Of a stretch of 64,000 nt of DNA, positions 14,101 through 26,273 are shown one piece after another. The DNA lies in NCBI GenBank assembly GCA_976226885.1, contig OZ320313.1, positions 144,336,001-144,400,000 on the forward strand, in the 5' to 3' direction. The translations under genes and the position numbers were made by a program. Every line of letters begins with the position of its first letter. The first letter of the stretch is position 1. Under the pieces are notes generated by a model, which did no database searches, was not told the origin of the DNA, and saw nothing but the letters and a program-made list of their open reading frames with translations. Source of the DNA: Iphione sp. A-MEVVRFRX5. Lineage: Eukaryota.

Positions 14101-17100
14101 AGCGCAGAAGGCCCGATAAGCCGGCTTCGATTGTGATAGAACGCCCGACTACATGACAACGTACCATCCATAAGGCGGCGGCAAGGGCACTACATCACTG
14201 CGACGCCGGTCGTGGGGTGGACGTAGATGGGGAGAAGGTAGGGCGAATGGGGGAGAGGAGTGGAAGGGCTGGAGGTGTCTTTGCCAAGTGGCTGTGATAT
14301 GCTCGCAGCAAGTTGTCATATCTGCTCGGAGCAGCTCGGCTTGGGCGTCGCAGCCACCGCGTGAAATACGGCCGACGGTGACTGGAGGAATCAATAGATA
14401 GGCAAAGCCCTCCTCATCCTCCCCTCTCTGTATTTCCACCCCTACCCTTCCTCTCACAAGCTCCCTCCCCCTTCCCCCAGCTCCTGTTTTGCCACCTAGA
14501 TCCCCGTCCCAGTCCCCCATAACCACCCCCAACGTGTGTGATGCCGACAGACAGATAAGATGCTCCAGAAATACCAGGCTATCTATCCATCTGCCAAGAC
14601 CATGCATTACTGCCTTGACGCGACCATCGTCGGCGCCGCTTCCGCCACCGCCTCAGCCGTCGCTGCCGCCACTGTCGGCAGACTAGCGGGCGACATGACA
14701 ATGGCGTTGTGCAAGGTGTGATGTATCTAGCAGCTCAGCGAGTTTATCGTGACGAGGTCTTCGCGAGGCGCCATGGGTGGTAGCTATAGCGTGCGCTGCT
14801 GTGAGTTGGTGCGTGTGTATGTGTGTTGCTATGACTATGTGTTTGACAGCTGAGAATGAATTATTGGGCGGATGATACATGTGGGTTAAAGGTTACTTTA
14901 ATAGCGCGGTAGAGCACGTGCAATCTATGGCATGGAAACAACTACATTGTACATCATGACTGGGCTTACATGTCGGCAGAATATGAATACACACGGCAGA
15001 TTAGAGCGCCAGAAACGCATACAAGTACATGTATGCGCAGTACCCCCCGAAATAAAACAACAAGGGACTGGGTCTAGTTAAAGCGGTCTCACATGCCTTT
15101 ACCACGGCGGCAGGAGATAACACCGAGCGTCATGACCAATCGATATCATAAACAGCGTCCGGAGCCCGTGTCAAATTCAATCCAATCAAGGTACACAAGA
15201 CACCGCCTCTTTACTGGTGCTCTCCTCTCCGGGCAAACAGACCTCTCCAGGCTCACTCTGTGAGGTAAATACATCCGACGGATAGGACCGATAAGCGCTG
15301 TCATGGGCGCAATTTACAAATTGGCGAAAGCAAATTGAACACACTGGAATTTTGGTATCCTGCCCGGCATCGCGGCGGGATTTCAATGGGTTAATTGGTT
15401 GATCCCCTTTGTGATATATAAACGCATAGAGTATAAATGGCTGTCGGGATATCAGCCATGGCATGTCACCGGAACCATAATTGACGTACGTGTGTTAGTA
15501 TGTCACACCAAGGCAACCTGTTGAGTCTGCCACCCTGGTGAAGGTATCTCCTGCTCCAGGGTGTGTGACCTACTTTCCCTCTTACCAGGAGGTCCCCCTG
15601 TGGTTCCCCTGATCCGACTGAACGTCGTATTCCCGCCTCAGCCATGCGCATGTGTCCCCAGAGGGCAGCACCTGAATGCTAATCACGTTCCGCTCTCGTT
15701 CAGTTCTCGTTTTACGATATCTTGGGGAGGGTGCGGCTCGATGATTCAGAAGTATGGAGGTAGTCATCCATAAATTAGAGTACCCAGTCTAGATACACAT
15801 GACACATGCTCAGGGCACGGGATACCCTTCTACTTTTTATTGTCAAAGATATCGTTAAAGCTTCTACATGTACTCGGCACAAAGGGTATCTTGTGGGCAT
15901 CGCCATCTTGGTTTGCAACAGCTGACACCTGCTTTAGACTATCATTCTTTTTACTTTCTACGGCAGTAGGTATTACAGCACTAATGGAAATGAAATTGTG
16001 AAGATTTTATTGACACTGATTCGGGTTTATTCTGGATGTTTTCAATTCAAATTTTCAAGAAAGCAAATTGACCTTTTTGGAACAATAATATACACATTTC
16101 AATTTACAACCTTATTCTGTCCGGTGATATTTCTTTAATTATGTTGAGGTTAAGAGTGGCAATACAGTGTTTTTTTTCATCAAACGTAAACGAGTATCAT
16201 TATCAGAAAAATTAATTGATCCTGCCAGTGAAATAAAACTCGAATCTATTTTCTGAACTGTATTTCCTGATATTCTATGTGGTACATGAACACACAGCAT
16301 GTTGTACTCAGATCGAGGAGGGTATCTTTTTATGTCTCGATTGTAATAGTAACTGTCACAAGAGTTTAGAGATATATTGCACCAGGAAGCCGCATTTATG
16401 TGGTTTATTGTTCAGTACTTGAGTCGTGTGCTGCAGGTCCAGATCCCAGGCACGGCTCGTTTCGAAAGCGAATTGCTTTTCTAGTTACCCTGCCCGCCGA
16501 ATTGGACCATTTAGGAAGATGATTAATTGATCATTACGGGGTGAAAGACAAACACTCTCGGTGGCATCATGTACATAACAATTACCTATACTGAACAATG
16601 CAAGTGTTCTTCATGCAGGCACCTTTCTTGAAGGTGAGGATGGGAATGAGAACGGCTTCAGTCATGTAGCAAAATGAAATTTTCTGTTGAAGAGTGTTAA
16701 TGAAGGAAACTATAAGAAAGAGTCTGAGCCCCTTTTTTTGGTATATGCATGTTACATATACACACTTCAGCCAATGCCGGCCAATCCCCAACTACATGTA
16801 TGTGGTTTTCTTTGTTTTGGAAATATCATAGGGAGGAGTTTTCCTGCTATAGTATGCAATGTAAATAATCCACGACATCAGTTCACGTATATATAACATT
16901 GAATTCTGTCCTACAGTTTTCATTGAACCTATAACGCATAATCGATTCCACGGTGAAGCGGAGCCCGTGTTCACATAAACGCACATGTAAATACCTCTAG
17001 ATTGGAAGAAATAGTAACCACCAAAAGCATGAAAAGTGTCCATCTTGAAACACACCGCAGATATCGCTTAAGTAGCGACTTACCTTGGGGGTGACTCGAC

Positions 17101-17573
17101 TAGAAGGGCAAATTTGGCTATTAAACTTAGGTATCAGGGCAAGACAAAGTTAAGAGCATCGATTTGTGGTGCCACCGATGGTCTTCATTTTAATCTAACT
17201 ACTGTAATTGTAGCATTAACACCCCTTCTAAAGGTTTTTTAAGGAAAGGCATATGGGAGGGCCGAGGTGAATATGGTATATGCATCTTCAACGAGAGCTT
17301 AGTGGTGAATATATGTACAAGTATCTGCATCCTAATTTCGTGTATTTTGGTTATGATTCCATTCAGTTCGAAGTCACCTCGAGTTAGCATTTAGATACAT
17401 TTATATTAGATTTTCTGTTTCTTTTCATACATCCTTCTTTTTGTATTTATATGCAAGTGCTTCCGTGTGCCTAATCCGTTTTCTCAGGACCCCTGTTCAA
17501 AGCCTTTCACTCTGGTCGTCTCCTCCCTCTGTCATTCTCCTCTTAACTGTGTCTCACTCTGGTCTATTCTGCT

Positions 17574-17575
<2 letters not shown>

Positions 17576-17611
<36 letters not shown>
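17576..17611. repeat. (CT)18 microsatellite
   Basis: Directly visible. Confidence 0.97.
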
Positions 17612-17613
<2 letters not shown>

Positions 17614-18782
17614 CTTCTCGAGCCGCCCATCCTACTTTTCTCTCATGGCAAGTGAGCGTCGGTCTCACGACTTCCGACACACATACGTCAGTCACAGCTG
17701 TCGGTCCCACACCTGGCTGTGTCAGCTTGGATCGCTCCCTTTTCTCCTGGGCCGCTTGCTTCCCTCGCCGCTCGTATCGTCTTACCCCGGCAGCCATTGT
17801 AGCAACGAGCTATTGTCTACCCTCTCCAGCGTGTACACGGCGGCCCGAAGACGAACGGCCCGACAGGTGTGCTGGGACGGGCAGGTGAGGAGAGGTGGGC
17901 TGTAGCCGGCGCGCAGGTAAGGTGTCGCTGATGGCGGAGATAGACGAAGCGATGACCTGGCCAGGTGATCCGTGAGAACTTCGCCCCGATCTATCACCGC
18001 TCAGCTCACAGCCCCTCTCTACTAGGCAGCTTGAAGCACTAAAACACGCCGCCACTTAACGCCGACACACCCCAATAATCGGTCCCAACTAAAAGCTTAT
18101 TTGATCGCCGCTGGCCGAAATTGGCGGTCTAACTACTCAAGCCCCTCTCCTTAATGTGACCCCCAAATAGATAGCTACTAAACAAACCATTAATTTTGTA
18201 CCTTTCAGACACATGTGGTAGGTCCCAGGAGTACAGGACCAGCGTCTATATTTGATCCTTGATCGGGTGTAAGGCAATCAATTAAAAGACTCCGTGTGCT
18301 GTGTACAAGAGGAACAAAGTCGGGTGAATACAGCTTGCACAAACAGAATAGTGCGTCAGAGTGTGATGTTTGTCTTTGGACTCAGCAGTTCCAAACCCTC
18401 GATGCAACATAGTTACACACATGCCCACAATCACGCGAATGTACACACAGTTGTCCAGAAAGGCTACGGGCGAGTCGCCTTAAGGTACTGAGAAACACAC
18501 ACGCACACGTCCGAAAACAAATGCGTAGGAAGTTTCATCGTTAGCTTGTGGCACAGGCAAGGTTGACAGGTTTTGAGCTGAACTGGAGTCTGAAAGCCAG
18601 CCTGCTGTTGGACCCAAATAGTCTCAATCCCTCAGGCTGGCCTTGCTCCCAAGTGTTACTCCACGCCACCGGAACCGGAGGCGTTCATGTACACCGCTTG
18701 GAGGCGACAGTGGGTCGGGCATTGTAGAATAATTGGCTTTATATCACGACGGGAGCGACGAGCGCCGGACAGGGAGCGAAGA

Positions 18783-18890
18783 GGATTAGCGGTTTATATG
18801 ACAAGTCAACTGTGCCAAAATTGTTACACTGTTAGCACGTGTCGTAACTGGATTAGACCGGAGATTAGGCCGCGGGACGAGAGAGGATTA
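18783..18890. promoter_or_regulatory. Candidate K50 homeodomain (Otx/Gsc/Pitx) site cluster
   Basis: GGATTAG at 18783, 18850 and 18885 plus AGATTAG at 18862, all co-oriented. Confidence 0.45.
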
Positions 18891-21800
18891 GAGAAACAGA
18901 TTTATACCTGGAGGGCGAGGTGGGTTTGGGGTGAAGGATCGGAGAGAGTCGGCTGCGGCGACGACGAGTGTACGCTGACGGACAGGTGGGAGGGTGAATG
19001 TGCCGGAGGGTGCACCTCCGGGGGGACTCAACAACACTGGTGTTCCCAACACGTAGTGGGAGAGAGAGCGGTAGGAAAACGCCAATACTTCAACGTAATC
19101 GCACTTAAGCGCTTGATTTAGAACCGGGTACGGCTAGGTTTATGACCGTCTCCGTTATGTTATGTGCCTGGATGTCTAAACCTGCAGAATGACTGCTCCA
19201 GGGGTCCTCCAGGGTGTGTTTATATGTTGGCCGGGCGGCGGCGTAGCAGTGAAGGGGAAAGTAAGGGGATGTTGCTAGGAGGGAAGACTGGCCATCAACC
19301 GGGATGACCCATCCCTAAAATGTGCTAACTTTAGCAAATATTAGGGTCATGTCAAAGCGAATGGCCGTCGTAAGTTTGTCACACGAAGCTGAATGAGGTT
19401 GTCCCGTAATAGATGCCTTTTGGCCAAGTGCCATTAATATTGAGCAGCGGCGGGTTATGATCAATAACAAAGGGACCCACTGACCTAGTAATGTGACAAG
19501 GGGCATCGGCCAGATAATAAATGAGTAGGATAAAGGACAGTTCAGCGGATACCCACTCAGACAAAGACGACTTTAGGTGCGAACTTGTCCGTCCTTTTTA
19601 CCTCGCGAAAGATTGATGTATCTGTAAAAGAACTTGAAACAAGAGTATTCTCTACAGGCGGACATATCGGGATATCTGGTTATACAGGGAAAACACTCGG
19701 ATTTTCTCCCCGTCATGAACTGAACAACGCAACATCAACCTGCTGACCATAGGAGATGGAGATGGAGGGGGAGGGGTGGGCGTGGATGTTAACTGATGGT
19801 CAAGCAATAGGCCCGATAATGGCACATCGCTGTTTGCACGGAACCAAGCTACAATAATCGAGTAGCCCGCATGGCAATTATCATTTAGCACCCATCGGCA
19901 TAGGAACAAGTAGGGTGCTTTGTGGCTCGTTCCCACAAGACAGAAACACTGCCTGGTCCACACACCCCGGAAGAGGGCCCTCTTAGTGTTTGTCTGTGTG
20001 TTTGTGTAAACGTGTTCGTGCGTATACAGGACGATATTTGTTATTCGAATGTTGTCCGCTTTGATGGGCACCTCACATAGAGGGATTCAAAAATACAAAT
20101 GGATCGACGTCATGACACTTTGACGTTATGCATCGTTATGGACTCAGCAATTCTTAGACATGCACAAAATATATTCTTGAAATGTCCACTTCACTCATCC
20201 AGAATTGTTACACTTTAACGTCTGTGGAGATGGCTTCGGCTACAGTTCAATAACTGGCTTCAATTTGTTGGAGATTCTCTTCATCGAAAGTAGTATAAGA
20301 AAAGCACAGTTTGAAGACAGTAAAGGACCGAGGCACCCTGAGTCAGATAGTATGGGTAAACTAATGCAGTAAAACCGGCTTGAGTGTGGCAATCTTTTGT
20401 GTGGTCTCCATGTAGTCTTGTCCTGCTCATCTAAGGAGGACAGGGAGGAGAGAACGAGGAGGAGGTAGACGAGAGGACAAGTCACAGGGATGACTGAGGG
20501 AAGCCAGGCGAGCCAAGCTGAACGAAGCGAGCGTAAGCCTGGCTAGCCCGAGCAGCTCGTCTGATAGGACCTGCCAGCCTATCTCCGGGCCTCCTCCCCG
20601 GCTTGGCTTTATCTGGGCCGCGGTCGGTTTATCGCGGCCAGAAAACGCTCCTCGGTGCCATGTCGCGCAACGGCAATTACGTCTGGGTGCATGTCAGATA
20701 AGGGACTGACAACAAGAGACGGCGCCGCCCTTAACCCTCGCCCTTCCTCGACCCCACCGCCCACAACTGCTGGGGCTGAGGGCAGCAGGGAAAGCGGGCC
20801 TGGGGAGGTAGCAGGACTGCGGCTTAGCCGATAGTCGCTTTTGTTTATGTCAGTTCTGACGCCCGTTACTGCTACGATGGCCGAAGGATCTTTTCTAGCG
20901 TAGACGCTGAGCTAAGACAAGCGGCACAGCTTCTGTGATCCTCAAAGCGATGAACACAAATGATGCACACTGATGTAAAAGCCAGGATATATAGTTACAC
21001 CACTGTACACACACACACAGAGAGACCAAAACTACTGCTCCTCGTTAGGTGTCTAGAATAGACGCTCCATTGAAACGATTTTAAATATTAACAGTTTGAT
21101 AGGTAAGATAGCACCGCAATTGATGAGCCGATATGATTTTATTGTTTCAGTGACCCGAGAAATACAGATTTTACTCGTTGTCGCTATGGGATACATCCCA
21201 AATCGGTGAGCGATCTCGTTAATGTCACATCATGAGCCTTCCCAATGCATCTCCATTTATCGCCCAAAAGGTGAAAATGCCGACGACTCGAAATTGAATG
21301 ATTAATATCTTAGAGTAACATGTGAGTGAATGTAGTCACTAGAAGATAAACAGGTGTATAGCATATCAGCTATCTGTCGAGAATATTAGATATAAAACGC
21401 AGATATTTAAAAGGGATAGTCATCCTGTATCAAAATGATCCCGGTTCACGATATGCCATCGAAACGGCGGTGATAGACTGTGGGTCGTTCGAGTGTAGGG
21501 CTAGGGTGGCCTGCCGGGGTGGGAGGGCGGTAATGATATGTAGCATCAGCTTATCAGAAGGCATCGGCAAGAGTTGTTGACAGGGGGGTGTCAGCGGCCG
21601 GAGACACCTCAAGCCTCGCGCCATGCTGATACGGTGAATACATGAATACGGGCGCGCGATCAATGTCATTTAGCACTAACCCTCAGCGGCCTGTCAGGCG
21701 GCCGCTGAGACACGGCGCCTGGCAATGAGCCTTCACGTGGGCTACGACTACACATACCCTGCCGGCCGCAAACCTTCACGCTGCCACCAGCACTCACCCA

Positions 21801-22169
21801 CGACCCACTTACATATGATGATCTACCATCGGTCATGATGCAACTGCCCACCGCATTACAAGAGTACTCATAATGCCCTATGCACACACGCGTGAAGATA
21901 TGCATATTGACATTACCGTTTTTTGACGGGAAGCGGGTAAAGAGAGTGTAGTAGAAATGTCTACGACGAAAGCGTTGCGTATCTTACGGTAGATTAGGGT
22001 AGTTAGCCTTGGGTAGTATTTATTTATTAACAGCTCTCAATATGCAGAGGAACCCCTGATAAAACATATTCGTCTTTCTTGCTCGTTAGCCAGTTACCCG
22101 CCGTATGTTCCACGCCGATTCTGACACCTTATCCCATGTTTCGATTGTTCTGTATGCAGGGTGTCCCAG

Positions 22170-22445
22170 CGGAGTGACATCTGTTTACTACATCACGCGC
22201 CAGCTGACAGCCGCCGTGATCCGAACATTTCTCCCGTCACGACGTCAGCTGGGGCCCCTTTTAATTATTTAATTGTGCCTTTCCCAAACCGGCCTAGTTA
22301 ATTGTCTAATTGGCTGATTGACATCAATCAGGTCAGTGTACCCCCTCGCGCTCGCCGAAGCCAGCCCTAATCCGACCAATCTGTAACGCCGTACCGCCAG
22401 GCAGAAGACATCGCATGTTGTTGGCCAATTAAAGGCTGCGTTACA
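22170..22445. promoter_or_regulatory. Candidate homeodomain/TALE enhancer in intron 3
   Basis: TGATTGA-CA-TCAATCA inverted pair (22315-22330), five TAATT cores, TAATCC, TGACAG and two CAGCTG within about 270 bp. Confidence 0.5.
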
Positions 22446-25400
22446 CCTCACCACTTGCGCTGGAATTGACGAAAGAAATGAGGATTATTTTCCTTCGACC
22501 AGCGCCCTTTCCCGACCTATCTCTTCATGGAGGCTCCCTCTCTAGTTGTCGGTAGCCAGCCTGATCAAAACTAGCCAATCACCGCGTGCACTACAGGCAG
22601 TCGGCCTGTCGCTCATGGGACAGCACTTTCTGAGCAAACCATCATATCAGGTGATATTAAAGGAGAAACATGCTGCGGATTATGACATAACCACCCAGTG
22701 CAATTCTACCTCGAGGAGCGGATCATAAGACATACTCTATTTGGCAGATGTAAAACCATTAAAACTGAACTGTCATCGCCTACGGAGGTTGACGGCTCAG
22801 TCTGGTCTGAATATGACAACAGAGCAGTTGAGCTGCTCGCTGTCCTTTCTCTCCTTGTATAGCAAATCTAGATGCATACAGATCCCTTTGTATCTCTTTG
22901 TCTTGTTTTTCCCTACTGTTACGGCCTTCTGACAGTCATATCAAACTAGTGACAAGTGAATCGTCAAATTACTAACGCACAAAGGTAGACCCCCCCCTCA
23001 TATAACCCCATGTACTAAATACATGTAACCTACGCTTACGGAACACGAATTTACCTATAAACCAAACTGGATTTTTGGACACTGTAAGCCGTTAATCCAA
23101 GGTAAAATGCCTACGAATTTACCACTTTACCGTACAACTGTATAGGAAACGCAGTGCATTAAGATAGCAGGGCCTGACTGTACAATACACATAATTATGG
23201 GGGATGTATATACGTGGTTCTGTGTGTACATGCACATGCATATATGTGCAATACATAAGTACACGTACAGTGCACATGTATATGCCCCGGCGTTGAAGGG
23301 GTAGTTGGAGGGCATGGAGTGTTAGTTGAGCAACAACCATCATCATGCGGTTATCGATAATAGCTAAATAGCGCTGTACCCTTACAATGACTGGACCAAA
23401 AGCTATTGAATGGGAGTGGAAACACTGGGGAGGGGGTTGCTGCGGAGTTTGTCAGGGGTCTGGGTAAAGTGGGTCATTCCTCGGGTAGTAACCCTGCTCC
23501 CCTCCGCCCTTTCGGCCCCTCTGCCCCGAAACTTCCCTTCTCCTCCCTTAGAGCTAACCCGCAACAGGACTGATCCCTCCTGTGCCACAGAAGGAGATCC
23601 GGACGTCCATCTGTCACAACTAGACCTCTTCATTTTCACCCCCATGTCTCATCTATCAGACCTGTCTTCCCCACCCCCTTGTTCTTACCACTCCCCTCTA
23701 CCCTTCAGGAATGGAAATTCTCCTTCATCGCTCCTCCTACTCCCACCTCTATATTTCAAACCTCGGAGCTAGAATATCACTGGTCTCTATGGGAAGCAGA
23801 ATATATGTGCGTCTTTCTTCGTGGTGGAGCACAATACCTAGAAACAGTGTCCATTGTTGGTATGAACAGTGAGTTATTATTCGATGTTGAATGGTTTGTT
23901 GGCTGATAACAGGGTATAAGAATCACAGGGAGAGCCCTGCTTATGTGTTCGCATTAATAACCCTTAAGCATTGATGGATTCGTAGCAATGTGACATCTGT
24001 TCACGTTCCATACCTGTCGATTACCACTAGCGTTACCTCGGCCACATTACTGCAATCGAGATAGCCACTGGCAGTCAAAAACAAAGACAAAAATACGAAT
24101 AACTCGAGAAGAAGGGCAAGTGATGGGCAGGGAAACGAAGAAGGGATGGGGCTTGGGCTTTCCCAGTCAGGGACTGCCAACAAGATCCTCGATGATGGAA
24201 CGAAAACAGGAGGTTTTTCTTCTCGAACTGCTGCGAGCAGACTCTGAGCAGTCTCCGAGCTGCACAGGAAGAAGGCTTAACGGTGGCCGTATCAACCGAA
24301 AATCCCTTTTCAGAAGGGGTGGTGACTAGAGATAGCAGCCAAGGACACTTGGTTCGATGCACTGTGTGTGCACAGCGGACATGTGCTAATAACAAATAGG
24401 GTTCTTGGATTTTCTGGATACACTTAGCATCTGTTGCTGGCATTCAAGGATGCAAAACCGGCTATACTTGCATGTATATGTATATATAAATATTGCGTCC
24501 GTCCACATCCCTCCACGTTAACCCTTCCAACAGGGTGGAACAATCGAGCCAGCATGCACTATCGATCAGAACCCGATGATATATGAGCCGGGGGCGGGAT
24601 TCTCTGCAGCGGGTGATTCACATGTCTGCATGTCAGAAAGGAGGACATAATTTCTGACCTGAAACCTCGAAAAGGCGGTCTTTATCCCACCCGCTTACCC
24701 ATATAATTCCCCTTCGACAACCCTTTCCGGGAGACGGGCCCACACGACATTAACCCCACAACACTGAGATTTCGACGTCGTTACGCCCCCAGGATCCGAC
24801 ATGAATTTTCACGAGCACGGCTTGCGTGTCAGTTTGTATGTGTATGAATGTATGTTTGGTGTTGTGTTATTGGTGGGGTGTTTTCTCCCATTTTCCAATT
24901 CTACATCCGCCACGAACCCAAGGACGTCATGAATACAAACACACGCGTACGCAAACGCATAGACATAACCCCCCCCCCCCCCGTAAACATTCATGTGAAG
25001 AGGGATGCGGCTGGCCGAGCTTTTGTCCGAGGTGGTTACCAATAGTGGCTGGCTGGGCACGGTAAAGAGTGCACAGTTTGAGCAGACCGTCGGTTGTCAG
25101 TTACAGACCTGCGGCGTATTGACGAAGGCCCTGCATAAAGCATATAAATGTGCATCGAGTGGATGCATCTAGGATATCCAACCCCATCGAGTACCATGAT
25201 ATATCATAGGCATTTGAGCGGATAGGGCAGTTTGAGACCTCCCTTGGCTAGGATATGTACCCGGTTGATGGTATACAGTAAATGACTCTGCCCGGGTTAC
25301 TCAGCTTTATCGGATACACTGAATGTTCGCAAACCACATTTTCTGTTATTCGTATAGCTCACAGGTCTATGTTTTGTCCCTTTCTTGATTGATTCCCTAC

Positions 25401-25592
25401 CTTCACAACTTATCCTGCATGAACATACAGACCTATATCTCCAGAGATAAACTGTTTGTGATAACAGAGTCAATGAAGCATCAGTTAATCGGAATATATC
25501 TTCCAAATAAGTGGCAGCTCTGAAAACCTGCTGGTCCGTCGAGAACAACAACATGCAGTAAAAATAGCCTGTGAAAGAAAAAGAAATATAGT

Positions 25593-25677
25593 GAGAAAGA
25601 GAGAGAGAGTGAGAGAGAGAGAGAATGAGAGACAGACAGACAGAGACAGAGAGACAGAGAAGATGGAGGGAGAGAGG
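25593..25677. repeat. Degenerate (GA)n/(GACA)n tract just downstream of the exon 3 donor
   Basis: gagagagagtgagagagagagagaatgagagacagacagacagagacag... Confidence 0.9.
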
Positions 25678-25698
25678 ATTAGGACGACAAACACTCAC

Positions 25699-26273
25699 CT
25701 GAATAACGCGCATGTTGAGTCCCGTCTCCTGGGCAAGCTGTTCACGTATGTGACGTGTGGGCTTGGGCGTGGCCGCAAACGCCGCCTTCAAGGTCTCCAG
25801 CTGTTTGGCCTTGATTGTGGTGCGCGGGCCGCGCCGCTTGGCGCCCACCGTCGCGTTACCGTTGCCCTTCTCGTCGGTGGCCTTACTCTCTGTGTTCTCA
25901 TCGTTCTCGCTGTTGGTGTCCTCCTTGGAACTCTCTTTGCCGTTAGGCGTGCTCTTGCTGCTATTATTGTTATGGTTGGCTGTCATGGTCGTATTGTTGT
26001 TGGGTTCAGGCTTGATTTCGAGCGTCGGCGTCGACGAGTTGCTGTCTATCGGCGGCAGGCCGCGAGCGTTCGTATTGGTGGCGACGAGAGCAGCCGACGC
26101 CGGGCCGGTCGGCGTGTGCGACCCATTAAGCGTCGGCGTGGCAGCCAGGCTGTCTCGACTGTCGTCTTCGCCGTCCAGCTCCATCGACATGTCCTTGTCT
26201 GATAGACCATCGTCCATTTTATCCAACCCAAGGTGAGAGTCCAAGTCATTGTCCACGTCTTCGTGTTCTGATT
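25699..26273 (-). CDS. lhx1/5: Lhx1/5 coding exon 3 (linker and homeodomain residues 1-46)
   Basis: Branch-point-like gctaac, then polypyrimidine tract and acceptor ttttcccctctattgcag|AATCA (G+AA = Glu). Encodes [13 protein letters not shown]...GLNMRVIQ. Donor ATTCAG|gtgagt, phase 0, at the VIQ|VWFQN position typical of this family. Confidence 0.97.

Larger units (their letters stand above)
1..25698 (-). other. Lhx1/5 intron 3, extends beyond the left window edge (>25.6 kb)
   Basis: Donor gtgagt at 25698. A manual scan for the reverse complement of WFQN codons (RTTYTGRAACCA) found no match in 1-25698. Confidence 0.8.

Noticed and set aside
25591-26236. Plus-strand ORFs of 203 aa (25591-26202) and 159 aa (25757-26236)
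   Set aside because: Antisense shadows of GC-rich Lhx1/5 exon 3; the first begins in a GA microsatellite, and neither has recognisable domains.
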